Shown here in pieces: positions 1 through 8,736 of a stretch of DNA of 30,861 bases (its first letter is position 1; each line of letters begins with the position of its first letter). The position numbers and the translations under genes are program-made. Under the pieces are notes generated by a model, which was not told the origin of the DNA, made no database searches, and saw only the letters and a program-made list of their open reading frames with translations. The DNA is from Patescibacteria group bacterium (GTDB taxonomy: Bacteria; Patescibacteriota; Minisyncoccia; Phycocordibacterales; JBBUBG01): assembly GCA_040384765.1 (NCBI GenBank), contig JAZKIQ010000003.1:51461-82321 (forward strand), in the 5' to 3' direction.

Positions 1-618
1 GACAAACACGCGGTCCGGCGCAACGATCATGAGTCCTCGAGAGCTGAGACTATCCCAGGATGGATTTGGTATCACCGTCGGTATCCCAAGAGCCTTTGCC
101 ACCTTGAGATAATCAAGATCGGGAGAAGATGATGGCTGGCTGCGATATGCAATGACGGCAATATCGGGACGAATCTCTGTGATCTGCTTCATAATGAGCG
201 GCTCGAGCGGTGCACTCTGCTCAAAAAAGGACAGCACTCTCCCTGCAATCTCGGACGCGATGACTTTGTCGAGAAACGGGAACTTCGTCACTGCCCATCG
301 AACAGTGTCAGGCAGATAACGCCTCCAATGACGAACAAAAAACTCTGACTGCTGCGGCACGCGCAAGAAGCGTCGATAGTGCAAAATACCTCTCACGAAG
401 CGCAGAGGCCTTTTCCATACGCTGCGCCGATGACCTCTCCTGTATGAAAAAAGAGGGATCTCTAGCGCGAGCTCTTTAAGATAGTCGAGAGCGGCTGCAT
501 CAAACTCGCGAGGATCAAAGACGGCGACTATATGCGCCCCCTTCTCTGAAAGCGCTCGCAGGATGCTTTTATATACGCGGATGTACCCAACCGACCTGAT
601 AACAAAAAGTACTTTCAT
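1..618 (-). CDS. Partial (runs off the window edge) GT-B protein, CDP-glycerol glycerophosphotransferase-like / candidate ulosonate transferase
   Basis: Not in the ORF track. Translated by hand from ATG 618, which overlaps the GT4 stop as ATGA: MKVLFVIRSVGYIRVY...IRPDIAVIAY...AKALGIPTVIPNPSWDSLSSRGLMIVAPDRVFV. The frame is open to base 1. It resembles 9881..11293 around the (S/G)WD motif. Confidence 0.75.
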   Translation of the reverse strand, partial: MKVLFVIRSVGYIRVYKSILRALSEKGAHIVAVFDPREFDAAALDYLKELALEIPLFSYRRGHRRSVWKRPLRFVRGILHYRRFLRVPQQSEFFVRHWRRYLPDTVRWAVTKFPFLDKVIASEIAGRVLSFFEQSAPLEPLIMKQITEIRPDIAVIAYRSQPSSSPDLDYLKVAKALGIPTVIPNPSWDSLSSRGLMIVAPDRVFV

Positions 619-1838
619 GGCTTCCGCGCTTGATTTTCTCCAGCAAGAAACTGTCGCATATCCCTTGCATACCGATCCCAACTAAATGAGCGCCGAACAT
701 AGGCAGCACCCTCGCTCGAGATGCGGGAATAGAGCACAGGATCTTCCGCTAAACGCTTGATCACTCGTGCAATATCGTTCGGGTCCCCCGGCTCGACCAA
801 AAGCGCATGCTCGCCATCGGTAAGCACTTCTGCTGCACCAGCAGTTTTTGAGATAATCACCGGAAGGCCTGTCGCAAGGGCTTCAAAAGTGGCGAGCCCC
901 CATGTCTGCATATGCGTTGCGGCGACAAGCATATCTGCTCTATAGTACGCGGCACGAAGCTCCTCCTCGGATACGGCACCAGAAAAAACAACGGCATCCT
1001 CGAGACCAAGCTCGGCCACAAGTGCACGAAGTTTTTCATAATACGTGCGACCGGATGCTTTGTGGTTCCACTCACCGATAATGCGCAAGCGCACAGAAAG
1101 TCCTCCACGGCGCAGGAGCGCGACCGCACGAATTGTATCCTCGTAGCGCCGGTGCACATACATGATTCCGCTCGCAAGAATCTCGATTGGACGGCCAGCA
1201 GCAATTGGCGCGCGAGCCTTATATTGAAAATGCTCAACGTCAGCAGCGCTACGGATCACACGCGCATTCACTCGAAGATACCGCTTTGCAAGAGCGATGC
1301 TTCGCTCATTGAGCACAAGCACGATATCTTGGGCACGTACATATATCTGATCAAACCGATCAATGATCGCTCCACGAATGCGCGCAAAAAAAGAACGAGG
1401 CTTCGGGCCAAAAAGCGGATCATCAAGGAGCGACCAGGAGGCCGTATACACATCATTAAGCATCATGATACTTCGTACATGCGGATGACGCCGCTTATAA
1501 AAATAGGCAACTTTTGCGGCAAACATCTCGTGGGGATTAATGGCATCGAGGTCGTCCGGAAGGAGCAAGGCTAGCTCGCGCGCACGGCGAAGCTCATCTA
1601 TCTTCTGAAAGAGCAAACCAAAAAAGCGAATCTTTGACTTTGATAACCGCCGAGCAGTGCTTGGGGTTACAATGCGAAGCGAAGCGATATCTGAGGGGAA
1701 GCAGCGCTCACAATTGACGGAAAGGGTGTAAAGAGTGACCTCATCACCTTGCTCGAGCAGAGCCCTTGCAAGCATGATCGCTTGGCGCTCGCCACCGCCA
1801 GCGATCTCGAGACATTCAAAGATAATACCGATGCGCAT
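615..1838 (-). CDS. Glycosyltransferase family 4 (GT-B, retaining)
   Basis: N-terminal GGGERQ; C-terminal YYRADMLV...QTWGLATFEALATGLPVIIS, a variant of the E-x7-E motif; ALLVEPGD. Confidence 0.92.
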   Translation of the reverse strand: MRIGIIFECLEIAGGGERQAIMLARALLEQGDEVTLYTLSVNCERCFPSDIASLRIVTPSTARRLSKSKIRFFGLLFQKIDELRRARELALLLPDDLDAINPHEMFAAKVAYFYKRRHPHVRSIMMLNDVYTASWSLLDDPLFGPKPRSFFARIRGAIIDRFDQIYVRAQDIVLVLNERSIALAKRYLRVNARVIRSAADVEHFQYKARAPIAAGRPIEILASGIMYVHRRYEDTIRAVALLRRGGLSVRLRIIGEWNHKASGRTYYEKLRALVAELGLEDAVVFSGAVSEEELRAAYYRADMLVAATHMQTWGLATFEALATGLPVIISKTAGAAEVLTDGEHALLVEPGDPNDIARVIKRLAEDPVLYSRISSEGAAYVRRSFSWDRYARDMRQFLAGENQARKP

Positions 1839-1844
1839 GACGGG

Positions 1845-2654
1845 CTAGCGGGCAAGCAATCTCGCAAAGTCATCAGGAAGCAGTACTGCAAGATTCGTAC
1901 CCTCAATATGGCGCATCTTTCCATAGACGCCGCCTTTGGAAAAAAGCTCATTAAGAGCTGTTGATACACCTTCGCACGACGAACGATAGTCATGCCAAAG
2001 CACAATCCCATCGGGTCGAAGCATCTCGAGCGCTGCACGGGTGTCTGACATCACATAGGGATAGGTATGAGCAGCATCAACGAAAATAAAATCAACTGAG
2101 TTCTTGTAGGCAGAAAAATCAAAGCGAACCGAGTCGCCCAGGAGCTGAACAACCTTTTTACCAAGCGGATGCCTCTTATATTTATAGCCCGTCTCCACCT
2201 TGCCAGTAAATTTCGTATCTCCTAGAGGGTTTGCTTTCGCCGATGTCACCTCTTCATCTGGCAGATCAAGCGTATAGATACGAGCATTCTCGGGAGTGTT
2301 GGCTGCAAGGTTGAGAGTCGTTCGGCCATCGAAGGTTCCAAACTCAAAGATCGATGAGGCCTTCGACACCCGAACAAGATGATTAAGAATGACAAGCTCA
2401 AGCAGCGATGCATTGCCATCTTGACCTACCGGATCATAGAGATCGAGAGGAATGACGCCGGGAAAAAGGGTCGCAGGACCTATCTTTGGCAACACAAGCG
2501 GGTACGACTTGAGAGGATTTTTCCAGCCAAAATATTCAGCAACCTGGGCAAGCTTTCCGCGGCTCCTGCCAAGAAAAAGGCTGGAGACCAAAATCCAAAG
2601 CGTGCCAAAACCAGCATACACATATTTTTCGATAAAATTTCGAAGCTGTTGCAT
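1845..2654 (-). CDS. Class I SAM-dependent methyltransferase (Methyltransf_24-like)
   Basis: IFEFGTFDGRTT, LLGDS, DFIFVDAAHTY, LRPDGIVLWHDY; hydrophobic N-terminus. Confidence 0.88.
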   Translation of the reverse strand: MQQLRNFIEKYVYAGFGTLWILVSSLFLGRSRGKLAQVAEYFGWKNPLKSYPLVLPKIGPATLFPGVIPLDLYDPVGQDGNASLLELVILNHLVRVSKASSIFEFGTFDGRTTLNLAANTPENARIYTLDLPDEEVTSAKANPLGDTKFTGKVETGYKYKRHPLGKKVVQLLGDSVRFDFSAYKNSVDFIFVDAAHTYPYVMSDTRAALEMLRPDGIVLWHDYRSSCEGVSTALNELFSKGGVYGKMRHIEGTNLAVLLPDDFARLLAR

Positions 2655-2661
2655 CTAGGTG

Positions 2662-3339
2662 TTATGGTTTAATGACAATCCCCTTTCCTCCGCCATCTAT
2701 CACGGTAAGGCCGCGCGAAGCGCAAAACTCGTCGATTGCCCGAGCGGCACCAGGCCATTTCTTGAGCTCTTCAGGATTCTTGTACTCATCGAACACCATC
2801 ACACCACCAGGAACCACCTGATCAAAAAGCTCAGAGAGGCAGGTTTTGTACGAATCGTAGATATCGCAATCGATATGGAGAAACGCAATCGGCCCGATTC
2901 GCGCCTTCCACTCGGGAAGTGTTTTTTCAAAAGGGCCTTCAACAAGCTCAACCGACACTTTATTCATCGAGAGAAACCGGCCTACCATCTCCTTTGAGGT
3001 ATCGCGAAAGTTCTCCTTTTCCGCAACCTCCTTGATATCGTGCTCGGAAAGCGAAGGAAATCCGGCAAAGGTGTCGAATCCCCACACCTTTCTTTGCAAA
3101 GCAAGAGATGCAAGGATAAAGAGCGAACGTCCTTTCCATACTCCACACTCAACAACAGCGCCTTCGAGATCTTTGATTCGATCCATCTGGCGCACATAGA
3201 GAGCGACCTTGCGAATATTGCGAATGTCGAGAGGAAGCGTGCGCTCCTGACGCAAAATCCGTTTACCGAAAAGAGTAAAGTTACGAAGCCTCCAGCGTTT
3301 GGCAAGCTTTTTCTTCAGCGTAGGAATCGGTGAATACAT
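2662..3339 (-). CDS. TylF/MycF-family sugar O-methyltransferase
   Basis: GAVVECGVWKGRS, GFDTFAGFP, GPFEKTLP, IAFLHIDCDIYDS, PGGVMVFDEY, WPGAARAIDEF. Confidence 0.92.
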   Translation of the reverse strand: MYSPIPTLKKKLAKRWRLRNFTLFGKRILRQERTLPLDIRNIRKVALYVRQMDRIKDLEGAVVECGVWKGRSLFILASLALQRKVWGFDTFAGFPSLSEHDIKEVAEKENFRDTSKEMVGRFLSMNKVSVELVEGPFEKTLPEWKARIGPIAFLHIDCDIYDSYKTCLSELFDQVVPGGVMVFDEYKNPEELKKWPGAARAIDEFCASRGLTVIDGGGKGIVIKP

Positions 3340-3345
3340 AGCGAG

Positions 3346-4086
3346 CTATTTCATCCACGCAGAGAAATCTGCGAGAAACTGTCCGACGGCATGATCGGTT
3401 TTGTAATGACCGAACATCTTCTTAAAAATCGCGGGTGAGGCCGTAACGATATCAGCGCCAGCAAGCCCTGCATATTTTACATCAAGCGGCGTCCGAATAC
3501 TGCCTGCGATGATGCGCGCCTTGGGATAGTCGATCAAAAGATCAGTTGTTTCCACAAGAACGCTATTCGGATCGTAATCGTTTTGCTCGATCACACCTTC
3601 CATCTCGAGCTTTGTGCGCTCAGCGTCATATTTTTCCTCGGTGGCACCGTCACGCACACGATTATAAAAAAGACTCACAAACTGAGCGCCTGAGGCCGCA
3701 GCAGAGACAAGCTGCATCGGCGTCATGCATGCGGTGGCGTTTACGATGATGCCGCGATCTGAAAGTTCACGTATTACGGAGAGATAGTTTTCTCCTTTGT
3801 ACGAAATCGGGATCTTTATCGCGAGATGCTTGTATTTAAGAGCTTTGGAAAACTCGACGGCCTGCTTGACCATCTCCTTCTTATCGGTAGCAAACACCTC
3901 CACAGAAAGGGATGCTGTCTTTGAGTACTTTTTACAAAGCGCCACGATCTTCTTCATATGGGCAAGATAGTTGCCTTTTGGCTCCTTCGCCAGAAGCGAA
4001 GGGTTTGTGGTAACACCCTCAATATAGCCAGATTGGAACGCCTCTTCGATATCTGCGAGATTTGCCGTGTCGAGAAATAGCTTCAT
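3346..4086 (-). CDS. tal: Transaldolase family protein (small TalC/FSA-like class)
   Basis: MKLFLDTA start at ATG 4086 (the track start at 4122 is probably too long), GVTTNPSL, SVEV (Glu), Schiff-base IKIP, VNAT, AGSIR, C-terminal H-x-KTD..V.QFLADF. Confidence 0.88.
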   Translation of the reverse strand: MKLFLDTANLADIEEAFQSGYIEGVTTNPSLLAKEPKGNYLAHMKKIVALCKKYSKTASLSVEVFATDKKEMVKQAVEFSKALKYKHLAIKIPISYKGENYLSVIRELSDRGIIVNATACMTPMQLVSAAASGAQFVSLFYNRVRDGATEEKYDAERTKLEMEGVIEQNDYDPNSVLVETTDLLIDYPKARIIAGSIRTPLDVKYAGLAGADIVTASPAIFKKMFGHYKTDHAVGQFLADFSAWMK

Positions 4087-4158
4087 AGGTGGTATGGGAT
4101 AAGTAGGTTTTAAATCTATCACAGCAGATGAGGATTTTAAAGATCGTTTAGAGGTCCT

Positions 4159-4890
4159 CTACTTCTGGCCGTAATATTTTTCTTTACCGTGTTTCCGCAT
4201 CCAGTGCTTCTCCATGAGTTCCCGAGGAATTGGCTTTGGATCTCCAAGCGTGTGCATTGAAATCGCAATCGAGGCCACTTTCTCAAGTACTTCGGCCCGC
4301 GCCACGGTCGTTCGAGCATCAGGTCCCACGATGAACGGACCGTGTCCGTACACGAGCGCCGCAGGCATTTTCAGAGGATCGAGCTTTTCTGCAAGTATGC
4401 GCCCTGTATTCTCTTCGTATTCTGTTGCGATCTCTGAGGGCGTGAGCGTCCGAGTGACCGGGATCTCACCAAAAAACTCGTCCGCGTGAGTTGTGCCATA
4501 ACACGGAATCGACATGCCCATCTGACCAAACGCGACAGCTGATGGCGAGTGCGTATGCACAATACCGCCAATTTTTTCCCCAAAATGCTTGTAGAGGACC
4601 AAGTGCGTCGGGGCATCCGAAGATGGGGCGAATCCCGTTGGGTCAAGCCATTCACCAGTAGTAATATCCACCACGACAATCATGTCGGGCTCGAGTTTGT
4701 TGTACGGGACTCCAGACGGCTTTATAGCCATCCAGTTCTGCCAGCGCCCCGAAGCGTTCCCTTCTGTCTGAATGATGAGATTGCGATCCGCGAGCATGCG
4801 ATTCGCTTCGCATACCTCGGCGCAAAGACGATCGAGCGCGGGGGCATTTTCTCTCTGTACCCTTCGCATATCCGACGATCGTATCACCAA
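4159..4890 (-). CDS. araD: L-ribulose-5-phosphate 4-epimerase (class II aldolase/epimerase)
   Basis: GNAS, IKPSG, PSSDAPTH, GIVHTHS, GTTHADEFFGEIPVTR, HG, and the diagnostic C-terminus HWMRKHGKEKYYGQ. The start is uncertain (TTG 4890 or GTG 4887, after GAGGGGG). Confidence 0.9.
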   Translation of the reverse strand: MVIRSSDMRRVQRENAPALDRLCAEVCEANRMLADRNLIIQTEGNASGRWQNWMAIKPSGVPYNKLEPDMIVVVDITTGEWLDPTGFAPSSDAPTHLVLYKHFGEKIGGIVHTHSPSAVAFGQMGMSIPCYGTTHADEFFGEIPVTRTLTPSEIATEYEENTGRILAEKLDPLKMPAALVYGHGPFIVGPDARTTVARAEVLEKVASIAISMHTLGDPKPIPRELMEKHWMRKHGKEKYYGQK

Positions 4891-4902
4891 TACCCCCTCA
4901 AA

Positions 4903-6006
4903 TCAACGATCGATCATCGCGCGAATCTCAGTCTCAAGAAGCTTCCAATCAGGCGTGAAAAAGAGAGCTCGATCGTCGATGAAGATATCGCTTGATGGCT
5001 TGCCCAAAAATAGTTCGTGGAACTTCACTCCCCACGACTCAAGCTGTTTTTTGGTAAACATATACCCCTCTTCGTATGCGGACTTCCAATCGTTCTTGTG
5101 GCGGCCCATAAACCGAGCCGTAAAAAGATTGATCTGGTGGCCTTCATCGTACAGTTTATTTACTATCGCAATCGCCTCCTTGATCGGCTTGGCTTTAGCG
5201 TAGTCACCTTCTGTATTGGTACAGATCACGCCATCCAGATCAAAACTGATCCGTTTGCCGCGGAGCTTTTTTTCTCCTGCAAGGCGCGATGCAAGCTGAG
5301 GCATTTTCATCCTCGCTCCATCTTCGACAAGGTACGAGTCGCTATCCTCATCTTTCGTTGCAATCTCAATAATGACGGTGTCCTCGAGCCCACCACGCTG
5401 ATGCATCAACCCTTGCGGTATCGTATTAGAAACTCCTTCGCCAAGTTCAAAAAAACGATCCTCTCCGCGGCCAGCGCGCAAGCGAAGCAGGAGCTTCCCC
5501 GACTGGATATAGTAGCTTTCAAACTTGTTGCAGTGGAACTCAAGCGACGCATACGCCCCTTTTTTGACCACCATGCGTTTTGCGGAGTATCCGGCAGATG
5601 ATACGAGGGTTTCGATCTCGCCCCAATATTTGTCCCGGTGATCGGTTGGTGCAAAAGCGGTGCCGTATCTCCCTTTCGAATCTGCTGGGCCTGAAAAAAA
5701 GTAAACGCGTGACTGCTTCTTTGCAGTACATTCAATACTCTCTCCGGGTGCGACGGTGACGAGCGATTTTTCCGGCACCTTCGTCTTCCCTAAAGCAATC
5801 TCGCCGTGCTCTACATAAAATGTAGTCTCAAAATTACCGACGGGGACAAGTGCGCACTTTTTTCCACGATCAATCTCGGCAACCGAAAGCTCATACTCGG
5901 GCACTGAAACCACTTTCGTAAGATACCCCCACGACTTTTTCGCTCGGCGCGGTTTTGCGATGAGCTTATCGAGACTATTGATATCAAGTCCGTATTGAGC
6001 GGTCAT
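4903..6006 (-). CDS. Fusion protein: two cupin domains (phosphomannose/lyxose-isomerase-like) plus a C-terminal HAD phosphatase (capsule biosynthesis EcbF/BcbF-like)
   Basis: Start at ATG 6006, overlapping the kinase stop as ATGA. Repeated K-x-WG motif (KSWG, KYWG). The second cupin has SLEFHCNKFESYYIQSG...GLMHQ...EIAT. The C-terminal domain has ISFDLDGVIC, FTAR, GKP and FIDDR. Confidence 0.8.
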   Translation of the reverse strand: MTAQYGLDINSLDKLIAKPRRAKKSWGYLTKVVSVPEYELSVAEIDRGKKCALVPVGNFETTFYVEHGEIALGKTKVPEKSLVTVAPGESIECTAKKQSRVYFFSGPADSKGRYGTAFAPTDHRDKYWGEIETLVSSAGYSAKRMVVKKGAYASLEFHCNKFESYYIQSGKLLLRLRAGRGEDRFFELGEGVSNTIPQGLMHQRGGLEDTVIIEIATKDEDSDSYLVEDGARMKMPQLASRLAGEKKLRGKRISFDLDGVICTNTEGDYAKAKPIKEAIAIVNKLYDEGHQINLFTARFMGRHKNDWKSAYEEGYMFTKKQLESWGVKFHELFLGKPSSDIFIDDRALFFTPDWKLLETEIRAMIDR

Positions 6007-6959
6007 ATGAGTTTTTTTAATTGTGAGAATTTCGGCGGTTCGGTCCCCATCGTAGTCGTGGCAAGCGCAGCCCAACGATTCGCAAACAAAAGGTCCTCTG
6101 CGGTCGGCGGAAACTGGCCCATCGCAAGCGCAGCAAGAAAAGCATCTCCAGCTCCGACAGGATCAATAGCATCGACAGAGTGAGCGGGTGTCTCGAGATA
6201 TTCTCCTCGAATGAGAGCCGCGGACCCGAAAGCCCCGAGCTTCACAATCACCGATTGAATGGCGAGGCTCTCGGCAAGGAGCGGTAGCGTCTCTCGAACA
6301 GCATCGCAAGAGAACTCGGCAAACGCCGCTTTTGCCTCTGTCTCGTTGAGGCATACAAGATCTGTCTTTCGATACCAATCAAAATTTGGCTCGGTTCGTA
6401 CAACCTGCGAATCAACATACACCGGAAGCTTTTTCGCCCGCGCCATTTTTGTAATATACGTGGCCAGCTCTTTTGAAAGCAGCCCGGCGCGATAGTCAGC
6501 AATCAGTACTGCTTTGTGCTTTGAAAGCTCTCGCGCAATCGCTTGCTTGAGTGCTGCCCTTGTGGTGGCAGAGATGGAATCAGTGGACCCTCTATTCCAC
6601 CGAAACACCTTCAGGTCATCGACCACAAATCGTTCTTTCGTAATAATCTCGCGACCCTTTTGCACGAGAAACTTTTTACGAAGATTCGGGTGAGAAAATT
6701 GGGCGGCCTTCTTACTGTACTCATCATCGCCAAGAACCGAGAAAAAGGTAACCCTCGCACCGAGTTCGAGCATATTGCGCACCACAAGCCCCGCGCCGCC
6801 CCAGGTAAGGGCTGAGCGCTTATGAATACCTACGCTGTTGCCGGACTCGTGCGATCTGCCGCCAGAGTTGCCGTAGTGATAGAGGTCAACAATAAGATCA
6901 CCGATAACAAGTATCTTTTTTTCTGAGAACGCTTTGTTGTTAGGTGCCTTTTTCGCCAT
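6003..6959 (-). CDS. PfkB-family sugar kinase, similar to the HldE/RfaE kinase domain
   Basis: KILVIGDLIVDLY, GGAG.V..N...LGA, TKERF, ADY.AG, DPVGAGDAF. Likely start ATG 6959. Confidence 0.88.
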   Translation of the reverse strand: MAKKAPNNKAFSEKKILVIGDLIVDLYHYGNSGGRSHESGNSVGIHKRSALTWGGAGLVVRNMLELGARVTFFSVLGDDEYSKKAAQFSHPNLRKKFLVQKGREIITKERFVVDDLKVFRWNRGSTDSISATTRAALKQAIARELSKHKAVLIADYRAGLLSKELATYITKMARAKKLPVYVDSQVVRTEPNFDWYRKTDLVCLNETEAKAAFAEFSCDAVRETLPLLAESLAIQSVIVKLGAFGSAALIRGEYLETPAHSVDAIDPVGAGDAFLAALAMGQFPPTAEDLLFANRWAALATTTMGTEPPKFSQLKKLI

Positions 6960-7821
6960 CGTTTTCCATGCGGCCAATCAGATCTGTCGTCGAATATTTC
7001 ACTCCCGATGCCTGCATAACGATCGGGTACACCTTTACCTCGATATGATCCGGAATCTCATCTCGTTTGCGCACCTCTTCAGCTGTCCACTCGCCTCCTT
7101 TCACTACCACATCCGGTTCAATCCGCGCAATGACCTCTTTTGTATTGGTCTCGTCAAAAATGACAACCTCGTCCACACAATCGAGGTGTTCAAGAGCATT
7201 TTTTCGCTCAAGCTCCGAGTTGACTGGACGCTTCGGACCTTTCAGCGTCTTCGTGGCTCGATCAGAGTTGATGCCAACAACAAGCTTTCCCCCAAGCGAT
7301 TTGCAAAAGCGCAAAAGCTCAAGATGCCCCTTGTGCATGACGTCGAAAATACCGTTGGTGAAAATAATTTTTTCGGTATCATGCGCTTTCGTTTTCTCGA
7401 CGCGCCTGACATGCCGACCCTCGCCATAAGGAGTCTTAAGCCACTTATCGATGATGTTGAGATTTACCTCTTCTGGATTGACCCAGGAACCAAGGCAGAG
7501 GAGATTTGAATCGTTGTGTTCGCGCGTTTTCTCGGCTACATCGATACTGTGCACGAGCGATGCGCGAACATTCTCAAAGCGGTTGGCGACAATACTCATC
7601 CCGACGCCGGTGCCGCAGATAAGAATGCCGCGTGGGGCCTCCCCAGAATGAATCGCGTGAGCAACTGCGCGGGCATAATCGACATAATCAACCTTTTGGG
7701 ATTCGCTATGCGGGCCCATGTCGATCGGGAAATACCCTTGATCTATAAGGAATTTCTTGACGACCGCTTTCTGCGCTACACCGTTATGATCGGCGCCCAA
7801 TACGACGATTTTTTCTTTCAT
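6940..7821 (-). CDS. rpiB: Fusion protein: RpiB/LacAB sugar-phosphate isomerase plus RfaE-II-like nucleotidyltransferase
   Basis: N-terminal GADHNG, DYVDY, ICGTGVGMSIVANR, EHNDSNLLCLG, GRH.RR. C-terminal FTNGIFDVMHKGH, VGINSD, KGPKRP, PDVVVKGGEW, STT. Start at ATG 7821. Confidence 0.9.
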   Translation of the reverse strand: MKEKIVVLGADHNGVAQKAVVKKFLIDQGYFPIDMGPHSESQKVDYVDYARAVAHAIHSGEAPRGILICGTGVGMSIVANRFENVRASLVHSIDVAEKTREHNDSNLLCLGSWVNPEEVNLNIIDKWLKTPYGEGRHVRRVEKTKAHDTEKIIFTNGIFDVMHKGHLELLRFCKSLGGKLVVGINSDRATKTLKGPKRPVNSELERKNALEHLDCVDEVVIFDETNTKEVIARIEPDVVVKGGEWTAEEVRKRDEIPDHIEVKVYPIVMQASGVKYSTTDLIGRMENDGEKGT

Positions 7822-7828
7822 TGATTCC

Positions 7829-7857
7829 ACGATACAGAGGAACTCTCCAAGCGTCAA
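7829..7857 (-). promoter_or_regulatory. Sigma70-type promoter, probably leaderless, for the rpiB-fusion operon
   Basis: TTGACG, 17 nt spacer, TATCGT, then 7 nt to ATG 7821; no Shine-Dalgarno sequence. Confidence 0.6.
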
Positions 7858-7896
7858 CGAAAGGAAAAGGTGCATCGCGAGATGCACCTTCGACAG

Positions 7897-8631
7897 CTAC
7901 AGGATCCGCGTTACGCTCCCCATGAGGGCAGCGTGGTCGGATACACCAAACTGCATGCGAACATTCGAAACGAGATACGGCCCCCTGCTCCAGATACCGT
8001 CTACGAGTGTGCGCAGGCCGCTCACGCGATGCCGCTCGGGGTCGATGCTTGTGTCGCACTCCTTTGGCACAGCATCGGCTCCCCACCTCGTGATCTCTGC
8101 CCAGATCTCGCCGCCCCGGGGTGTATTGAAATCCCCACAAAGGATAAACTCCTCGCGAAGAGCAAGATGCTCGAGAAGTTTCCGGGCATCGCGCCGCTGG
8201 TGGTCATCCGGCTTTCCATCAGGCACCCACGTGAAATGGGTCGTCCCAACTCGATAGACCATCCCCTCCTTGGTGATAGTGCAGGAAACGAGTACTCTCC
8301 CTTCGGTCTTGCGGCGGGACTCGGGCGTAGTCGAATCAAGCGGTAGTACAAAAGAGCTGTTGGCGAGATAGTAAAACGGTGCCTCCCTTTGGAGCGAAAG
8401 CTCCGCGCGAGCGAGAATTGCAACACCGATCGTAAGGAGACCCTCTGGCCTCCGATGGATGGTCATCGGTGCAAACTGCTGGTGCGGAAACAGGTCTCTC
8501 CACCGCATGAGATCGATCTCGAACACCTCCTGAAGGCAAACCAGATCACACCGTGTTTCCTGCAAAAATCGGTCCACATCCCGAAGGTTGTTGCGACAAT
8601 CGATATTAAGCGATCCAAACCAAAGTGGCAT
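7897..8631 (-). CDS. Endonuclease/exonuclease/phosphatase (EEP) family protein
   Basis: SLNI, DLVCLQEV, GVAILAR, TTHF, ILCGDFN, LVDGIW, SDHAAL. Strong SD (GGGAGGG) upstream of the ATG. Confidence 0.9.
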   Translation of the reverse strand: MPLWFGSLNIDCRNNLRDVDRFLQETRCDLVCLQEVFEIDLMRWRDLFPHQQFAPMTIHRRPEGLLTIGVAILARAELSLQREAPFYYLANSSFVLPLDSTTPESRRKTEGRVLVSCTITKEGMVYRVGTTHFTWVPDGKPDDHQRRDARKLLEHLALREEFILCGDFNTPRGGEIWAEITRWGADAVPKECDTSIDPERHRVSGLRTLVDGIWSRGPYLVSNVRMQFGVSDHAALMGSVTRIL

Positions 8632-8736
8632 ATCTTTCCCTCCCTTCTTTCTGCCCTACTCTCGACCGAACCTATCACGCACCGAGTGCGCTGTCGACCG
8701 GTGGCGAGCGGCACAAACTGTGCTATTGTCATCCCC

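Noticed and set aside
912-1574. 220-aa plus-strand ORF and the many similar 60-200 aa antisense or alternate-frame ORFs across the window
   Set aside because: All lie within motif-supported genes and have no family signatures.
8389-8736. N-terminal 116 aa of the 507-aa ORF in the track
   Set aside because: It overlaps the EEP gene on the opposite strand and has no recognisable motifs. GT9 similarity and a promoter-like element point to ATG 8737.
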